Of a stretch of 64,000 bases of DNA, positions 21,531-31,155 are shown piece after piece (position 1 is the first letter of the stretch; each line of letters opens with the position of its first letter). This DNA is from a virus. The notes below the pieces were generated by a model. That model did no database searches. It worked only from the letters and a program-made list of their open reading frames with translations, and was not told the DNA's origin. Made by a program: the position numbers and the translations under genes. The stretch lies in the IMG/VR virus record IMGVR_UViG_3300045988_132920; one strand, written 5' to 3'.

Positions 21531-21572
21531 TTGACATCCAGTTAAGTTATATGATATAATCTTAACTGGGGG
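21531..21572 (+). promoter_or_regulatory. Promoter with a 9-bp inverted repeat (ccagttaag...cttaactgg) bracketing the -10 element. Candidate operator.
   Basis: ttgaca 21531-21536, tataat 21555-21560. The palindrome arms lie at 21539-21547 and 21562-21570. Confidence 0.55.
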
Positions 21573-21580
21573 AGACTTAC

Positions 21581-21913
21581 ATGAAGAATTTTATCAGAAC
21601 AGTCTTAGACATAGTCAGGGCTTTACTTAGGTTAGTCTTGATGATGTGTAGGCTGGTAATATCTGGATTAGACCAAATCCTGTTTAATAATTCAGAAGTA
21701 GCTAATATTTCACTTATCTGTGTGGCTCAACGTAGAGAGCAAGAAAAGATTGCATACATTGATAAGTTAATTGAGAACAATATTGACCTTGCTTTACATC
21801 AACAAGTCCCACCAAGTAATTTCATACCGTTTCAAGAAGATAGTGAGTATGATGACGATGAGCCATTTGATGAGGACAATGATGATGGAGACTCAAATCC
21901 TCCAGTAAAGTAA
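21581..21913 (+). CDS. Hypothetical protein with a strongly acidic C-terminus, 110 aa.
   Basis: RBS (ggggagacttacATG). C-terminal run EDSEYDDDEPFDEDNDDGDS. Confidence 0.55.
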   Translation: MKNFIRTVLDIVRALLRLVLMMCRLVISGLDQILFNNSEVANISLICVAQRREQEKIAYIDKLIENNIDLALHQQVPPSNFIPFQEDSEYDDDEPFDEDNDDGDSNPPVK

Positions 21914-21924
21914 AGGAATATAAC

Positions 21925-22494
21925 ATGAATACAGCTAATATAGAGAACTTTCTTGATTTTGCATATAACCAGATAATAGGGTATTCTGACATTATGAAAA
22001 TTATAGAAGACGACAGTGAGGATGATACTAAGACTAAACAACGTAAACCTCACCCAGTGCTTTTGTACAGAAATGATGACATTCGACAAGATGATTGGGG
22101 AATGCACTTTACAATAATGTCAATTAACTGGAAGATTTTATGTGATGTTACTATTAAAAAGCCATCAAAGACTATTGAAACACCTGTGAAATCTACTGTA
22201 GACCTTTCAGCTGAACTTGACAACTATTTCAAACCTAAAGAAATTGTTGAAAGTATTGAATCTCTTGATGGAGCTAAACCAGAAGACGTTTTAGCTTTAA
22301 TTGACCTTAAAGTATATTCTTGGAAAGACCGAGACAATGATGGCAAGAATGATACTACAGAGTTTAATAATATCCCTGTTATGAAAGATGACTATAGGGC
22401 GATTGGCGGTATTTGTTCACATCTTACTAAAATGTGGGAAGATGAGTGGAAGGAAATGTGTAAAGTTAAAGGTAAGAAAGATAAATGCAATTAG
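21925..22494 (+). CDS. Hypothetical protein, 189 aa.
   Basis: RBS (aaggaatataacATG). Confidence 0.6.
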   Translation: MNTANIENFLDFAYNQIIGYSDIMKIIEDDSEDDTKTKQRKPHPVLLYRNDDIRQDDWGMHFTIMSINWKILCDVTIKKPSKTIETPVKSTVDLSAELDNYFKPKEIVESIESLDGAKPEDVLALIDLKVYSWKDRDNDGKNDTTEFNNIPVMKDDYRAIGGICSHLTKMWEDEWKEMCKVKGKKDKCN

Positions 22495-22874
22495 TTGAGT
22501 TGTGGAAATGTACAAATAGCTGTAGCATCGGTGTTGGTAATTCAGGTATTATAACTTGTGATATTATGGTGCGTAAATACGAAACTGGTGTTCTTACACA
22601 CTCTATTCAACTTCATAAAGGACAGTTATTTAAAGTTGATGGGTTTAATTTTTACACTAAAACTATGATATGTACAGTTAATAATGATTTTCAAGTAGCT
22701 ATCCCCTTTAGTGACGTTCCAAACACGGTTTCAATACATAATACTTATACAGGGGATGTGCACGGTATGTGTTTTGTGAATACTAAACATGATGTTGTTT
22801 CAGTGGTAACAATGGTCTATATCACTACAGGGCTAGTACTTTTAGGAAGTATCTTGTGTGCACTGCTTTGGTAA
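22485..22874 (+). CDS. Hypothetical protein with a C-terminal transmembrane helix, 129 aa.
   Basis: Its start overlaps the upstream stop. C-terminal hydrophobic segment VVTMVYITTGLVLLGSILCALLW. Confidence 0.5.
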   Translation: MQLVELWKCTNSCSIGVGNSGIITCDIMVRKYETGVLTHSIQLHKGQLFKVDGFNFYTKTMICTVNNDFQVAIPFSDVPNTVSIHNTYTGDVHGMCFVNTKHDVVSVVTMVYITTGLVLLGSILCALLW

Positions 22875-22919
22875 ATCTTAAATTCTTTGGTAGCAAAAGA
22901 CCAAGGATGAGATTAAATA

Positions 22920-24932
22920 ATGTCTAATATTCGTGAAACACTATTTGAGCAAAGATTAGTATATTGTACTAAAGATAAATTGAATGCTCACGCAAAAGAT
23001 TTAACACCAGGCTGTATCTACTATACAACTGACACAAAACAACTATTTTGTGACATTGCCTATGATGATGGTTATAAGGGGCACTCAACAGCTGGAACAG
23101 CTAATACTAAGAGAGTTTGCTTTGACTCTTTAATGTGCTTTAATACATACGCAGACCTTGTAGCATATACTGCTAATGACTTATCCTCTGAAAAACTGTA
23201 TTATGTTCGTGGAACTTCTACAAACTATAGTGAAGCAGGTATATATCATTACTCTGATGGTAAACTTAACCTTGTTATTAAAAACAGCTCAAACCAAAAC
23301 TCACCAGCATTATACCAGCTTGTTACAGCACTAAATACAGCTGATGCTAAAGAAGCTAATATTAATAAGGTATTTTTGTTACACGATACAACAAATCCTT
23401 TTGAAACAGCTCCATATACAGCTCATTTAGTTATTAAGAATGATAATGGTACTTATGGGTATGTTAGATTAGTACCTACTCGTGATGAAATAGAAGACCA
23501 TATAAACAGCTCTATTACAGATTCTTTGACACAGCTTAATGAAGTACTTGATACAATTCAACTTGAACTTGAGGCACGAGTAAATGACTCTGATGGTGGT
23601 TTCAAAGATACAGGTATTTCTAAAGTAATACAAGGGTACATGAAAAAAGGTACAGCATATCTCAAAAAGGAAACAGATACACTTCTTGAGGCTCAGAAAG
23701 AAAGTTTACTTCATTTAATTGAAGATTGTGGTAATATATCAACACTAAGAAAAGATGTTGTTGATACTGAAGTTTATCCAGGTGGTGTAACAGATACAGA
23801 CCCTGCTGTAATAACCCTTGAAGACACTGTGTCTGTATATACATATGATTTAGATACATCAACAGAAAATCCTGATAGACACGTGATTTCATTTGATACG
23901 TCAAGGTTGTCAAAAGCATTAGAAGTTGGTAAAGCTATAACTTTTGAGCTTATTTTACATAACACAAACAATATTGAACCAATGTTTAATGCTAACATAT
24001 CATGGGTTAATAATTATGAGCCTGAGTATGTGTTTGAATACACTTCTATTATCTTTAGGTCTATAGACCGTGGAAACACTTGGATTGCAGCATTTAATGG
24101 TGGCTGGTTGGGTGGGGGTTCTCTTGATGGGGACCACTCTGAAACAATAGTTACACCAAGTGAGGCAATGAGCCCATTAGCAGCTATTGAAGAAGCTAAA
24201 AGAGAAGCAATAAATACCATTAAAGAAGCTGTAGTTATTTCAGAATCTACTATTGACTCACAAATGTCTATGGCAGAAGGCAAGTTTAATGTTATGTCTG
24301 AACGTCTTGACAAGATGGAATCAGACCTTGAAAATTCTGTTGGTGAATATATTGATGGTAGAAAAATTGAGCTAGTCCAAGCAGTAGAAGCAGCAGGTGA
24401 CCTTAAATTAAGTGAACTTGATGATGACATAGCAAATATAGCAAAAGAGTGTGAAGATGCTGTGCAAACAGCAAACGATGCTTCTGCAAAGGCAGACTCA
24501 TTTGAACCATACAAAGAAAAAGTTGACAGTATTATTAAAAATAATCTTCCTACGTATGCTCTAACTGATTTAAGCAACTGTGCTGTACCATATATTCAAC
24601 AAGCTAAGGGTAGTGCATCTTCTGGGTATGCAGTTAAATACAGTAATAAGTTATGTGAACAATTTGGTCAAACTGAAGCAATATACTGTGGTGGTGCTTT
24701 TACATCTAAACCACTAGAGGTTAAGTTACCTATGAATTATAGTACACCAGTGTATAACATTCAGGTAACTCCAAGAATACTTGACTTAAATGCAACAAAG
24801 GAATTTAAGATTGGATGCACCGTAATAAAGCAAGAGGAAGGCTCTTTCACGATTTGGGTTGAACCTATTGAGAAGGTTAATGATTCGTTCCAAGTTCAGT
24901 TCTACTGGATTACTAAGGGCTTATCTGCTTAG
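22920..24932 (+). CDS. Hypothetical large structural protein, 670 aa.
   Basis: Long ORF with RBS (ggatgagattaaataATG) and a mid-protein coiled-coil region. Confidence 0.7.
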   Translation: MSNIRETLFEQRLVYCTKDKLNAHAKDLTPGCIYYTTDTKQLFCDIAYDDGYKGHSTAGTANTKRVCFDSLMCFNTYADLVAYTANDLSSEKLYYVRGTSTNYSEAGIYHYSDGKLNLVIKNSSNQNSPALYQLVTALNTADAKEANINKVFLLHDTTNPFETAPYTAHLVIKNDNGTYGYVRLVPTRDEIEDHINSSITDSLTQLNEVLDTIQLELEARVNDSDGGFKDTGISKVIQGYMKKGTAYLKKETDTLLEAQKESLLHLIEDCGNISTLRKDVVDTEVYPGGVTDTDPAVITLEDTVSVYTYDLDTSTENPDRHVISFDTSRLSKALEVGKAITFELILHNTNNIEPMFNANISWVNNYEPEYVFEYTSIIFRSIDRGNTWIAAFNGGWLGGGSLDGDHSETIVTPSEAMSPLAAIEEAKREAINTIKEAVVISESTIDSQMSMAEGKFNVMSERLDKMESDLENSVGEYIDGRKIELVQAVEAAGDLKLSELDDDIANIAKECEDAVQTANDASAKADSFEPYKEKVDSIIKNNLPTYALTDLSNCAVPYIQQAKGSASSGYAVKYSNKLCEQFGQTEAIYCGGAFTSKPLEVKLPMNYSTPVYNIQVTPRILDLNATKEFKIGCTVIKQEEGSFTIWVEPIEKVNDSFQVQFYWITKGLSA

Positions 24933-24968
24933 GTTGACATTTTAGCATTTTAATGATATAATGGATGT

Positions 24969-26429
24969 ATGGCAATATTTAGAACAAATATACGACATAC
25001 TCCAGCTAGAAGACCTGAGCCAAGTAACTTTGACTTAAGTCTTTATGAGCATCATACAGATGGTGATTGTATAGTTTTGACCAAGTACTTGAGTTGTTTA
25101 CAACATGTGATACTACCAAGTCCTGAGCAATACCCAAGTCTAAGAGTCTCTAATACATTTACTGTAGTTAATGATGTTGATATATTTGATTTTAATAATA
25201 TTCCTATTATACCAGATTTATCAGGGTTCTTAACCAGCCATGACTCCTCAGGAGGTCATATTCGTGAGGTTAGAAACTTGAGCACACCTGGAACTTCTGC
25301 CAGCAGTGCATGCTATGAGATGGAAAGTTTACCAGTGTACCCTGACCACATTGAAGACTTAGAGGAAGCATATTGTTTTAATAAGTCTAAGGAAACACCA
25401 GTACTACCTAGTAAAGCTAAAAACTTGCGTGGTGCATTTAATAGAAGCCATTTATTAAAAGCCCCTGAAATTCCAAGTGGTGTGACTACACTTGAATCAG
25501 CATTTTTAGGTTCAAAGGTCCATATACCAATGAAAATTATTCCAGGTACTGCAAAAGACTGTTCTAAGATATTCTTTGATGCTCACTTTCTTAAAGAAAT
25601 GCCTAACATAGGTTATGGGGTAGAAAACTTAGAATCTGCATTTTTTGATACTGATATTTGTGAAGTTAAAAGTATTCCAGAATCTGTAACTAACTTAGAT
25701 GGAGCTTTTGGTAGAACTAATATTATTAAACCTCCAAAGCTACCTAAAGGACTAACTCAACTAAATGAAACCTTTGTTGAGTGCTATGAACTTGCAAGTT
25801 CACCAGCTTTACCTGATGGGTTAATTAGCATGCACGGAGCCTTTAAGTCTTGTCATTCATTGAAAAGATGCAGACAGATGCCTAAGCACGTACTAGACTG
25901 TTCTGAGGCATACAGAGACTGTGTTCGCCTTGAAAAAGCATTACCGCCAGGTCCACTAGCATCCAAATGTCAGAATATGTACTTTGGTTGTTCATCTTTA
26001 ACTGAAGGTTGTGACATGCCTGATTCAGTTATACTTGCTTCTGGTTTTTATGGAAATTGTGTAAATCTAACTCACCCTGGTAAACTTGGTAAGTATGTAG
26101 AAGACTTGGAAGGTGCTTATAGGGGTTGCATACGACTAATTGAGGCACCTGAGATACCTGAGCATGTAAAGATTATTGCTGGCATGTTTCGTGGTTGTAA
26201 AGAGCTTAGCGGTGACATTATTATAAGGTCACGTCATATTATTAATATTAGTATGGCTTTTCCAGCACGTACACAAAGATTTAAGACAGTCTATATCCCT
26301 TTTTATAATGCTGATGGGACATACACCGACACATATAAGTCTTTTGAACAAAATCATTTCTTTGACTCTGCATATGAGCATTTGTATAATATGGAAGTAA
26401 AAGCATTAGAGTACTATGAAAATGATTAG
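24969..26429 (+). CDS. BspA-type leucine-rich-repeat protein, 486 aa.
   Basis: Repeats of the form L-x-x-A-F-x-x-x-x-I-x-x-x-x-IP-x-x-V-x-x-L (e.g. NLRGAFNRSHLLKAPEIPSGVTTLESAF). Promoter upstream (ttgaca 24933-24938, tataat 24956-24961). Confidence 0.8.
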   Translation: MAIFRTNIRHTPARRPEPSNFDLSLYEHHTDGDCIVLTKYLSCLQHVILPSPEQYPSLRVSNTFTVVNDVDIFDFNNIPIIPDLSGFLTSHDSSGGHIREVRNLSTPGTSASSACYEMESLPVYPDHIEDLEEAYCFNKSKETPVLPSKAKNLRGAFNRSHLLKAPEIPSGVTTLESAFLGSKVHIPMKIIPGTAKDCSKIFFDAHFLKEMPNIGYGVENLESAFFDTDICEVKSIPESVTNLDGAFGRTNIIKPPKLPKGLTQLNETFVECYELASSPALPDGLISMHGAFKSCHSLKRCRQMPKHVLDCSEAYRDCVRLEKALPPGPLASKCQNMYFGCSSLTEGCDMPDSVILASGFYGNCVNLTHPGKLGKYVEDLEGAYRGCIRLIEAPEIPEHVKIIAGMFRGCKELSGDIIIRSRHIINISMAFPARTQRFKTVYIPFYNADGTYTDTYKSFEQNHFFDSAYEHLYNMEVKALEYYEND

Positions 26430-26465
26430 GGTTGACACACAAGGTAAATAAAGGTATAATTAATC

Positions 26466-26696
26466 ATGTTGAACGTAGAACGTTACAAAATTAAAGGCAA
26501 AACGTATCGAAAAATAGGCGAGGAAACAGTAAATCCTGCTGATAGATGTATAGTAGATGAAATATGGATTCTGCAAAATCACCAAGGTCAAGAGTTTAGA
26601 CTTATGGTAAGGAGAGGTAGAAGCAATAGTTTTAGACTATACGAAAAAGATGGTAAATTTGTCTGTGGAACATACAGTATAAGTCAAGTTAAATAG
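26466..26696 (+). CDS. Hypothetical small protein, 76 aa.
   Basis: Promoter (ttgaca 26432-26437, tataat 26455-26460) plus an ORF. Confidence 0.5.
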   Translation: MLNVERYKIKGKTYRKIGEETVNPADRCIVDEIWILQNHQGQEFRLMVRRGRSNSFRLYEKDGKFVCGTYSISQVK

Positions 26697-26705
26697 GAGA
26701 CTTAA

Positions 26706-27047
26706 ATGGCACATTTTATTAACATAACAGCTGATAAATTAGATATAACTAATTCTGAAGGTAATAACGCAATAGTGTTTCATATCCCTGGTCACTGTGC
26801 TGGGTGTAAAAGAGCTTTAGAGCTCATAAATGAAATGGCTTTTGATGGTAAATTGGCTGATTGGAATTTTTATTTAATTGATGCTGAAAATGATACTAAT
26901 AAAGTACTTATTGATAAATATGAGGCTACTATAGCTCCAACAATTATTACTTTTAAGTCAGGTGTTAAAATGAATAGAACAAATGGTTTAAAAGAGTTTA
27001 TACAACAAAAGGACAAGTTATTTACAAATGAAACTAATGCAAATTGA
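26706..27047 (+). CDS. Thioredoxin/glutaredoxin-like CxxC protein, 113 aa.
   Basis: RBS (taggagacttaaATG). A CAGC motif follows a beta-strand-like VFHIPGH segment, consistent with a thioredoxin-fold active site. Confidence 0.45.
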   Translation: MAHFINITADKLDITNSEGNNAIVFHIPGHCAGCKRALELINEMAFDGKLADWNFYLIDAENDTNKVLIDKYEATIAPTIITFKSGVKMNRTNGLKEFIQQKDKLFTNETNAN

Positions 27048-28392
27048 ATTTGACAAACACATCCCTAATGATGTCATAACTAAAATTCAAACTCTTGTAG
27101 AGGTATTTACTGATGTATACCCTGATAAAGATATTCAATTAGGTATTGTTGGTGGTGCACTACGAGATATTGCATTGGGTATTAAGCCAAGTGATTGGGA
27201 CTTATTCATAGTCGGATTAACTTCAAATGAAGTCATCCAAGCTCTCACTGCTAATACAAAGTGGGAGGCATTTGAGTCAGGACTCAATTTTTCTATTGTA
27301 AGATGGAATCATTGTGAGATTACGGTTATTGAATCATATGATGACCTATGTGAGGATAGAGCAAGACGTGACCTCAGAATAAACTCCCTATACTTGTCTT
27401 ATGATGGTGGTAGTGGCTGGTATCTATCGACTACTACGGAAATTAATAGAGATTTTGAGCAAGGTATTTTAAGCTCAGACGGAGACGTTGATAAAAAGTT
27501 TGCTCAAGACCCTATAAAAATCCTAAGGGTTCTTAGATTCGCAGCCAAATATCACTTTCAAATTGACAGAGATTTGCACTTTGACATTCTAAGGCTAAGA
27601 CACTTAGTTAAAGATAAGGCTATACCTAAGGATAGAATTTTCCATGAGTTAAAGAAGGGATTTACTTGTGGTAATGCTTATGGGTTTGTTAGACTTCTTG
27701 ATGAGTTTGAGTTACTTGAGCATTTCTTCCCAGCAGTACATGCTTTAAAAGGTATAGACGGTGGTCATTATCACAATGAACAAGTGTTTACACATGTTAT
27801 GTTTGCATTAAAAGCACTTGACCCTATTGACCTACCATTTGAAGTAAAACTTGCTGCACTCTACCATGATACTGGTAAGTATCACTGGGAGATTGTTGAC
27901 GGTAAACGTAGATTTGTTGGTCACGATAGACTTGGTAAGTACGCAGCTAAGCAGGACCTTAATAGATTACGTTTTCCTGAGCACATTAAACGTACTGTAA
28001 AGGCTTTAGTTTGGTTTCATATGCACCAGGTAGATGGTAAAAAATCTACACGTAAGCTGGCTATAGGTCTTGGTAAGTTTAATGTACCATTAAAATATTT
28101 CTTTTGGGTAAGATATGCTGATAATATGGGAAGTGCTGTGTATAAAACAGATTTCATGTATTATTGGAAGCTCTATAGACAGGCTCTTAGGTACATTAAT
28201 CCGAAACACGTTCCGTCTGTAAAAGACCTTGTAATAAATGGTCACACAATTATGGAAAAGTTTGGAATTAAACAAGGACCTATTATTGGTAAGGCTTTAA
28301 AGATTCTGTTTAACAAAGTTGAAAATGAAGAACTTGAAAATGAAGAATCTGCTTTATTAGAAGAACTAAAACGACTTTTACCTACACTTTGA
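27028..28392 (+). CDS. cca: tRNA nucleotidyltransferase (CCA-adding enzyme) with an HD domain.
   Basis: Class II nucleotidyltransferase head motif GGALRD (GGxVRD consensus) near the N-terminus. HD-domain motifs H...LYHDTGK follow, as in bacterial CCA-adding enzymes. It sits next to the tRNA array. Confidence 0.85.
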   Translation: MKLMQIEFDKHIPNDVITKIQTLVEVFTDVYPDKDIQLGIVGGALRDIALGIKPSDWDLFIVGLTSNEVIQALTANTKWEAFESGLNFSIVRWNHCEITVIESYDDLCEDRARRDLRINSLYLSYDGGSGWYLSTTTEINRDFEQGILSSDGDVDKKFAQDPIKILRVLRFAAKYHFQIDRDLHFDILRLRHLVKDKAIPKDRIFHELKKGFTCGNAYGFVRLLDEFELLEHFFPAVHALKGIDGGHYHNEQVFTHVMFALKALDPIDLPFEVKLAALYHDTGKYHWEIVDGKRRFVGHDRLGKYAAKQDLNRLRFPEHIKRTVKALVWFHMHQVDGKKSTRKLAIGLGKFNVPLKYFFWVRYADNMGSAVYKTDFMYYWKLYRQALRYINPKHVPSVKDLVINGHTIMEKFGIKQGPIIGKALKILFNKVENEELENEESALLEELKRLLPTL

Positions 28393-28393
28393 G

Positions 28394-28630
28394 GTGATAA
28401 TGGTACTATATTGGTTTAGTTCACGTTATGACCCTGAGGTAGGGCACGCATATACTAATCTACATGACTTAAAGACATTTTGTGTAAATTGGTATAGTGC
28501 CTATGTGTCCCACAGGCTATCTGCATATTCATATCAAGCTGCTATAATGTCTTGTGTGATGCAAAATTATGACAGTATGAACGAATACAGGCTCTATGGT
28601 ATAATTAAGAGAAGTAAATGGTTTCTATAG
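28394..28630 (+). CDS. Hypothetical small protein, 78 aa.
   Basis: ORF coupled to the CCA gene stop, with RBS tgaggtgataATG. Confidence 0.4.
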   Translation: MIMVLYWFSSRYDPEVGHAYTNLHDLKTFCVNWYSAYVSHRLSAYSYQAAIMSCVMQNYDSMNEYRLYGIIKRSKWFL

Positions 28631-28632
28631 GG

Positions 28633-28661
28633 TTGACAATCGTGAAAACATGATGTATAAT
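28633..28661 (+). promoter_or_regulatory. Consensus promoter driving transcription into an ORF-free region of about 600 nt.
   Basis: gggttgaca, 17-nt spacer, tataat at 28656-28661. Confidence 0.6.
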
Positions 28662-29244
28662 AAATATGTACTTTGACAAGACCCATAATGTAAGTTCCGA
28701 TACTAACAGTTACGGATTATCGTATCCATCAGCTCGTTAGTTATGTGGAACCTGATGAAACAGTAAAATTTTCATCAGGGTATACCCAAATTAGCATATC
28801 CCTACGATTGAGTTATTCATAATGCAATAACAACAGGATAGTCTGGGAGGACGGAGTACCCCAGTAGGTCTTATTAAAGTCATATAATTGCACATTAAAA
28901 GTTTAATAGGTAACAACGAACGCATATCCAGTACGAAAGTAGCCCAGGGTTTTGGTACATTCCTCGTAAAGACCCCTGACCTCTATTTCAAGGATGGGCT
29001 TAATTACCCCAAAGGTGCTATAGGGATGGGACTCGTCAGGTTGTAGGACACAGACGACTGTTGTAATACAGTGGATATTACAGACATAGAGCTCAAAGTT
29101 TGTAATGTTTTATTTGGTATTGGTTCGGATTAATACAAAGGAGAAATACGTTTTTATCACCTCGCTGAGTATTAATATACCTATTTTAAATCTTCTACAA
29201 TAACAACCACTTTTACTGTCTGTTCCTTGACAGTATGTATCACA

Positions 29245-29275
29245 AAAAGAGACCCTTATTAGGGTCTCTTTTATG
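29245..29275. terminator. Bidirectional terminator ending the ORF-free transcript (plus) and the HNH gene (minus).
   Basis: Hairpin agagaccc-ttatta-gggtctct flanked by aaaa / tttt. Confidence 0.65.
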
Positions 29276-29693
29276 CGTTACAATTAAGACATCTTTTACC
29301 TTTCTTACGTCCAATTTCAATACCTAGTTCTTGTACAGTCTTTTTAATCATTTGGATATATTTATTACCATCAAATTTTCCAGGAATCTTTACATCTAAA
29401 AACTGGTCAAGATATGCTTTAATCATTGACCAGTCGAGTATTGTATTTAAAGGTTTTGTGCCACGGGCATTGTTCATTTCTTTAGAGGCAAGAGCATAGT
29501 TACTTAGAACAGACCTCCCTCCCTCACTTGCTGGCTTAAGATGTTCCAGCGATACATTGTTGACATTAATACCCTCTCCGTAGATTCCACGTTTGACAGT
29601 AGGTAACTTACCCTTCTTAAATAAAGTTTTTAATTCACTTTGGTATGAGCCAAAGCTCACTTGAGTTCCAGGTTGTACCTTGCTAACAGACAT
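29271..29693 (-). CDS. HNH-family endonuclease.
   Basis: Motifs SLEHLKPASEGG...NYALASKEMNNARG (His-Asn-His core with N spacing) and a C-terminal CLNC zinc-finger-like pair. It is a free-standing minus-strand gene between the CCA gene and the tRNA array. Confidence 0.7.
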   Translation of the reverse strand: MSVSKVQPGTQVSFGSYQSELKTLFKKGKLPTVKRGIYGEGINVNNVSLEHLKPASEGGRSVLSNYALASKEMNNARGTKPLNTILDWSMIKAYLDQFLDVKIPGKFDGNKYIQMIKKTVQELGIEIGRKKGKRCLNCNA

Positions 29694-29742
29694 TTATCAA
29701 CCTCATATTTTGTTATCATGTTACAATTTATTACAAGTGGGG

Positions 29743-29769
29743 TTGACATTAAAATTAATCTGTGATAAT
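29743..29769 (+). promoter_or_regulatory. Promoter at the head of the tRNA island.
   Basis: ggggttgacat...tgtgataat (extended -10). A second promoter lies at 30065-30093 (ttgaca-17-tatagt), just upstream of tRNA-Glu. Confidence 0.55.
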
Positions 29770-30064
29770 ATGAGATTATATTATAGGAAGCACACAACAA
29801 AGGATAAATTAAAAGTATGCAACTACTCAATACAGTGAAACAATTTAATAGCTGGAATATGGATTGCTCTCGTGATGAACATAGAGCATATTCACCTGCG
29901 GTTATTATATTAGGCACTGAGTTGCTGGGTGGTAGCAGATATATCCGAAGTTAAAGTTTGATTAACTTATAATAGATTTCAAAGATGCTACCTAGAGACC
30001 AAAAGAATCAAAGGTAGCATTTTTAGTTAGTACATTGACAATTTCATAGTAATACTCATAAGAA

Positions 30065-30093
30065 ACATATTGGGTTGACATATTCAACTTTTT
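30065..30093 (+). promoter_or_regulatory. Promoter immediately upstream of the first tRNA, tRNA-Glu.
   Basis: gggttgaca, 17-nt spacer tattcaactttttatga, tatagt. Confidence 0.55.
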
Positions 30094-30158
30094 ATGATAT
30101 AGTAGATAGTGTTGGAAGCAAGCCAATAAAAAACAGCACTTTGACACTATCTATATAT

Positions 30159-30234
30159 GCGGCTATCGTCTAATCGGTCAGGACGTCACCCTTTCAAGGT
30201 GGAAACGAGGGTTCAAACCCCTCTAGCCGTACCA
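30159..30234 (+). tRNA. tRNA-Glu (anticodon TTC).
   Basis: Cloverleaf read by eye: acceptor gcggcta/tagccgt, anticodon loop cTTTCaa, T-arm gaggg-ttcaaac-ccctc, CCA encoded. Confidence 0.8.
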
Positions 30235-30239
30235 TTTAT

Positions 30240-30314
30240 GGGGCATTAGTTCAGTTTGGTTAGAACATTGCACTGTCACTGCAAAGGTCAGGGATTCGAG
30301 CTCCCTATGCCCCG
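30240..30314 (+). tRNA. tRNA-Asp (anticodon GTC).
   Basis: Acceptor ggggcat/atgcccc, anticodon stem ttgca/tgcaa with loop ctGTCac, T-arm aggga-ttcgagc-tccct. Confidence 0.8.
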
Positions 30315-30550
30315 ATTTTAAAGTCTTATGACCTTGTTGTTATAGTCTGTGGATGGTTGCAAACTGAATCAGACCGAAATGGTACAAAGGACAGAAGTAG
30401 AGGTGCTCCTCTACCTGCATAGACCTACCCAGTTCTCAGTAATGGAATTGTATACTACGTTAACTTGTTGGCTGGTCACTAGGTGCAACTTTGACTAACA
30501 TATGCAGAGTTCAGTAGGTTCGACTCCTACCAAGGTTTTCAGTTTGTTAT

Positions 30551-30625
30551 GGGTCTGTAGCTCAATGGTGGAGCAGGGGACTCATAATCCCTTGGTTACA
30601 GGTTCGACTCCTGTCAGACCCACCA
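30551..30625 (+). tRNA. tRNA-Met (anticodon CAT).
   Basis: Acceptor gggtctg/cagaccc, anticodon loop ctCATaa, T-arm acagg-ttcgact-cctgt, CCA. Confidence 0.8.
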
Positions 30626-31075
30626 AGATTGAAAAGTTATTGTTCACTCGGTCTTTTCTTTGACTCCTTGTGGATTGTTAAAAGACCCACCTAGCTAGGG
30701 GATGGAATATACTAGGGTCCGTTAAGAGATTGTTGGACGTACGTGAAAACCGTATAAATACAAAAATCCATTACAGGTGAAAGTGCAACGGTGCACAGCT
30801 CTGGCTCATAACCAGGCACAGCCAAGCCCTTTTTTTGAAGGAACAACTTAGGTAGCCGTTCGACTCGGCAATATCCTGTATTGAATTCGGGTTGGTAACC
30901 TTTTCACTCATGATGTAGTGTTTGTGCTTGCAAGACGAACACTAAGTAGTGGACTCAGGGTGTGGTCTGAGGGGAAACAACACATAAACGGTACCGACTG
31001 AACTTAACGACTCCGAAGCAGTATAAACATTGGAGGGTCCGTTTGTGGGAGTTTTATAGTCAAACTTCCACACAT

Positions 31076-31151
31076 GCCGAAGTAGCTCAAATGGTAGAGC
31101 AGCTCACTTGTAATGAGACGGTTGTGGGTTCAAGTCCTGCCTTCGGCACCA
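31076..31151 (+). tRNA. tRNA-Thr (anticodon TGT).
   Basis: Acceptor gccgaag/cttcggc, loop ctTGTaa, T-arm ttcaagt, CCA. Confidence 0.75.
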
Positions 31152-31155
31152 ATAT

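Noticed and set aside
24014-24577. 187-aa minus-strand ORF, plus 23662..23998, within 22920..24932.
   Set aside because: Antisense to a long ORF with good start context. Ser/Ala-rich low complexity. Rejected as spurious.
28660-29240. Considered tmRNA, RNase P RNA or group I intron identity for the ORF-free transcript.
   Set aside because: I could not recognise the tRNA-like terminal domain of tmRNA, the P4 helix of RNase P, or P7/P3 intron cores by eye. Left as an unclassified ncRNA candidate.
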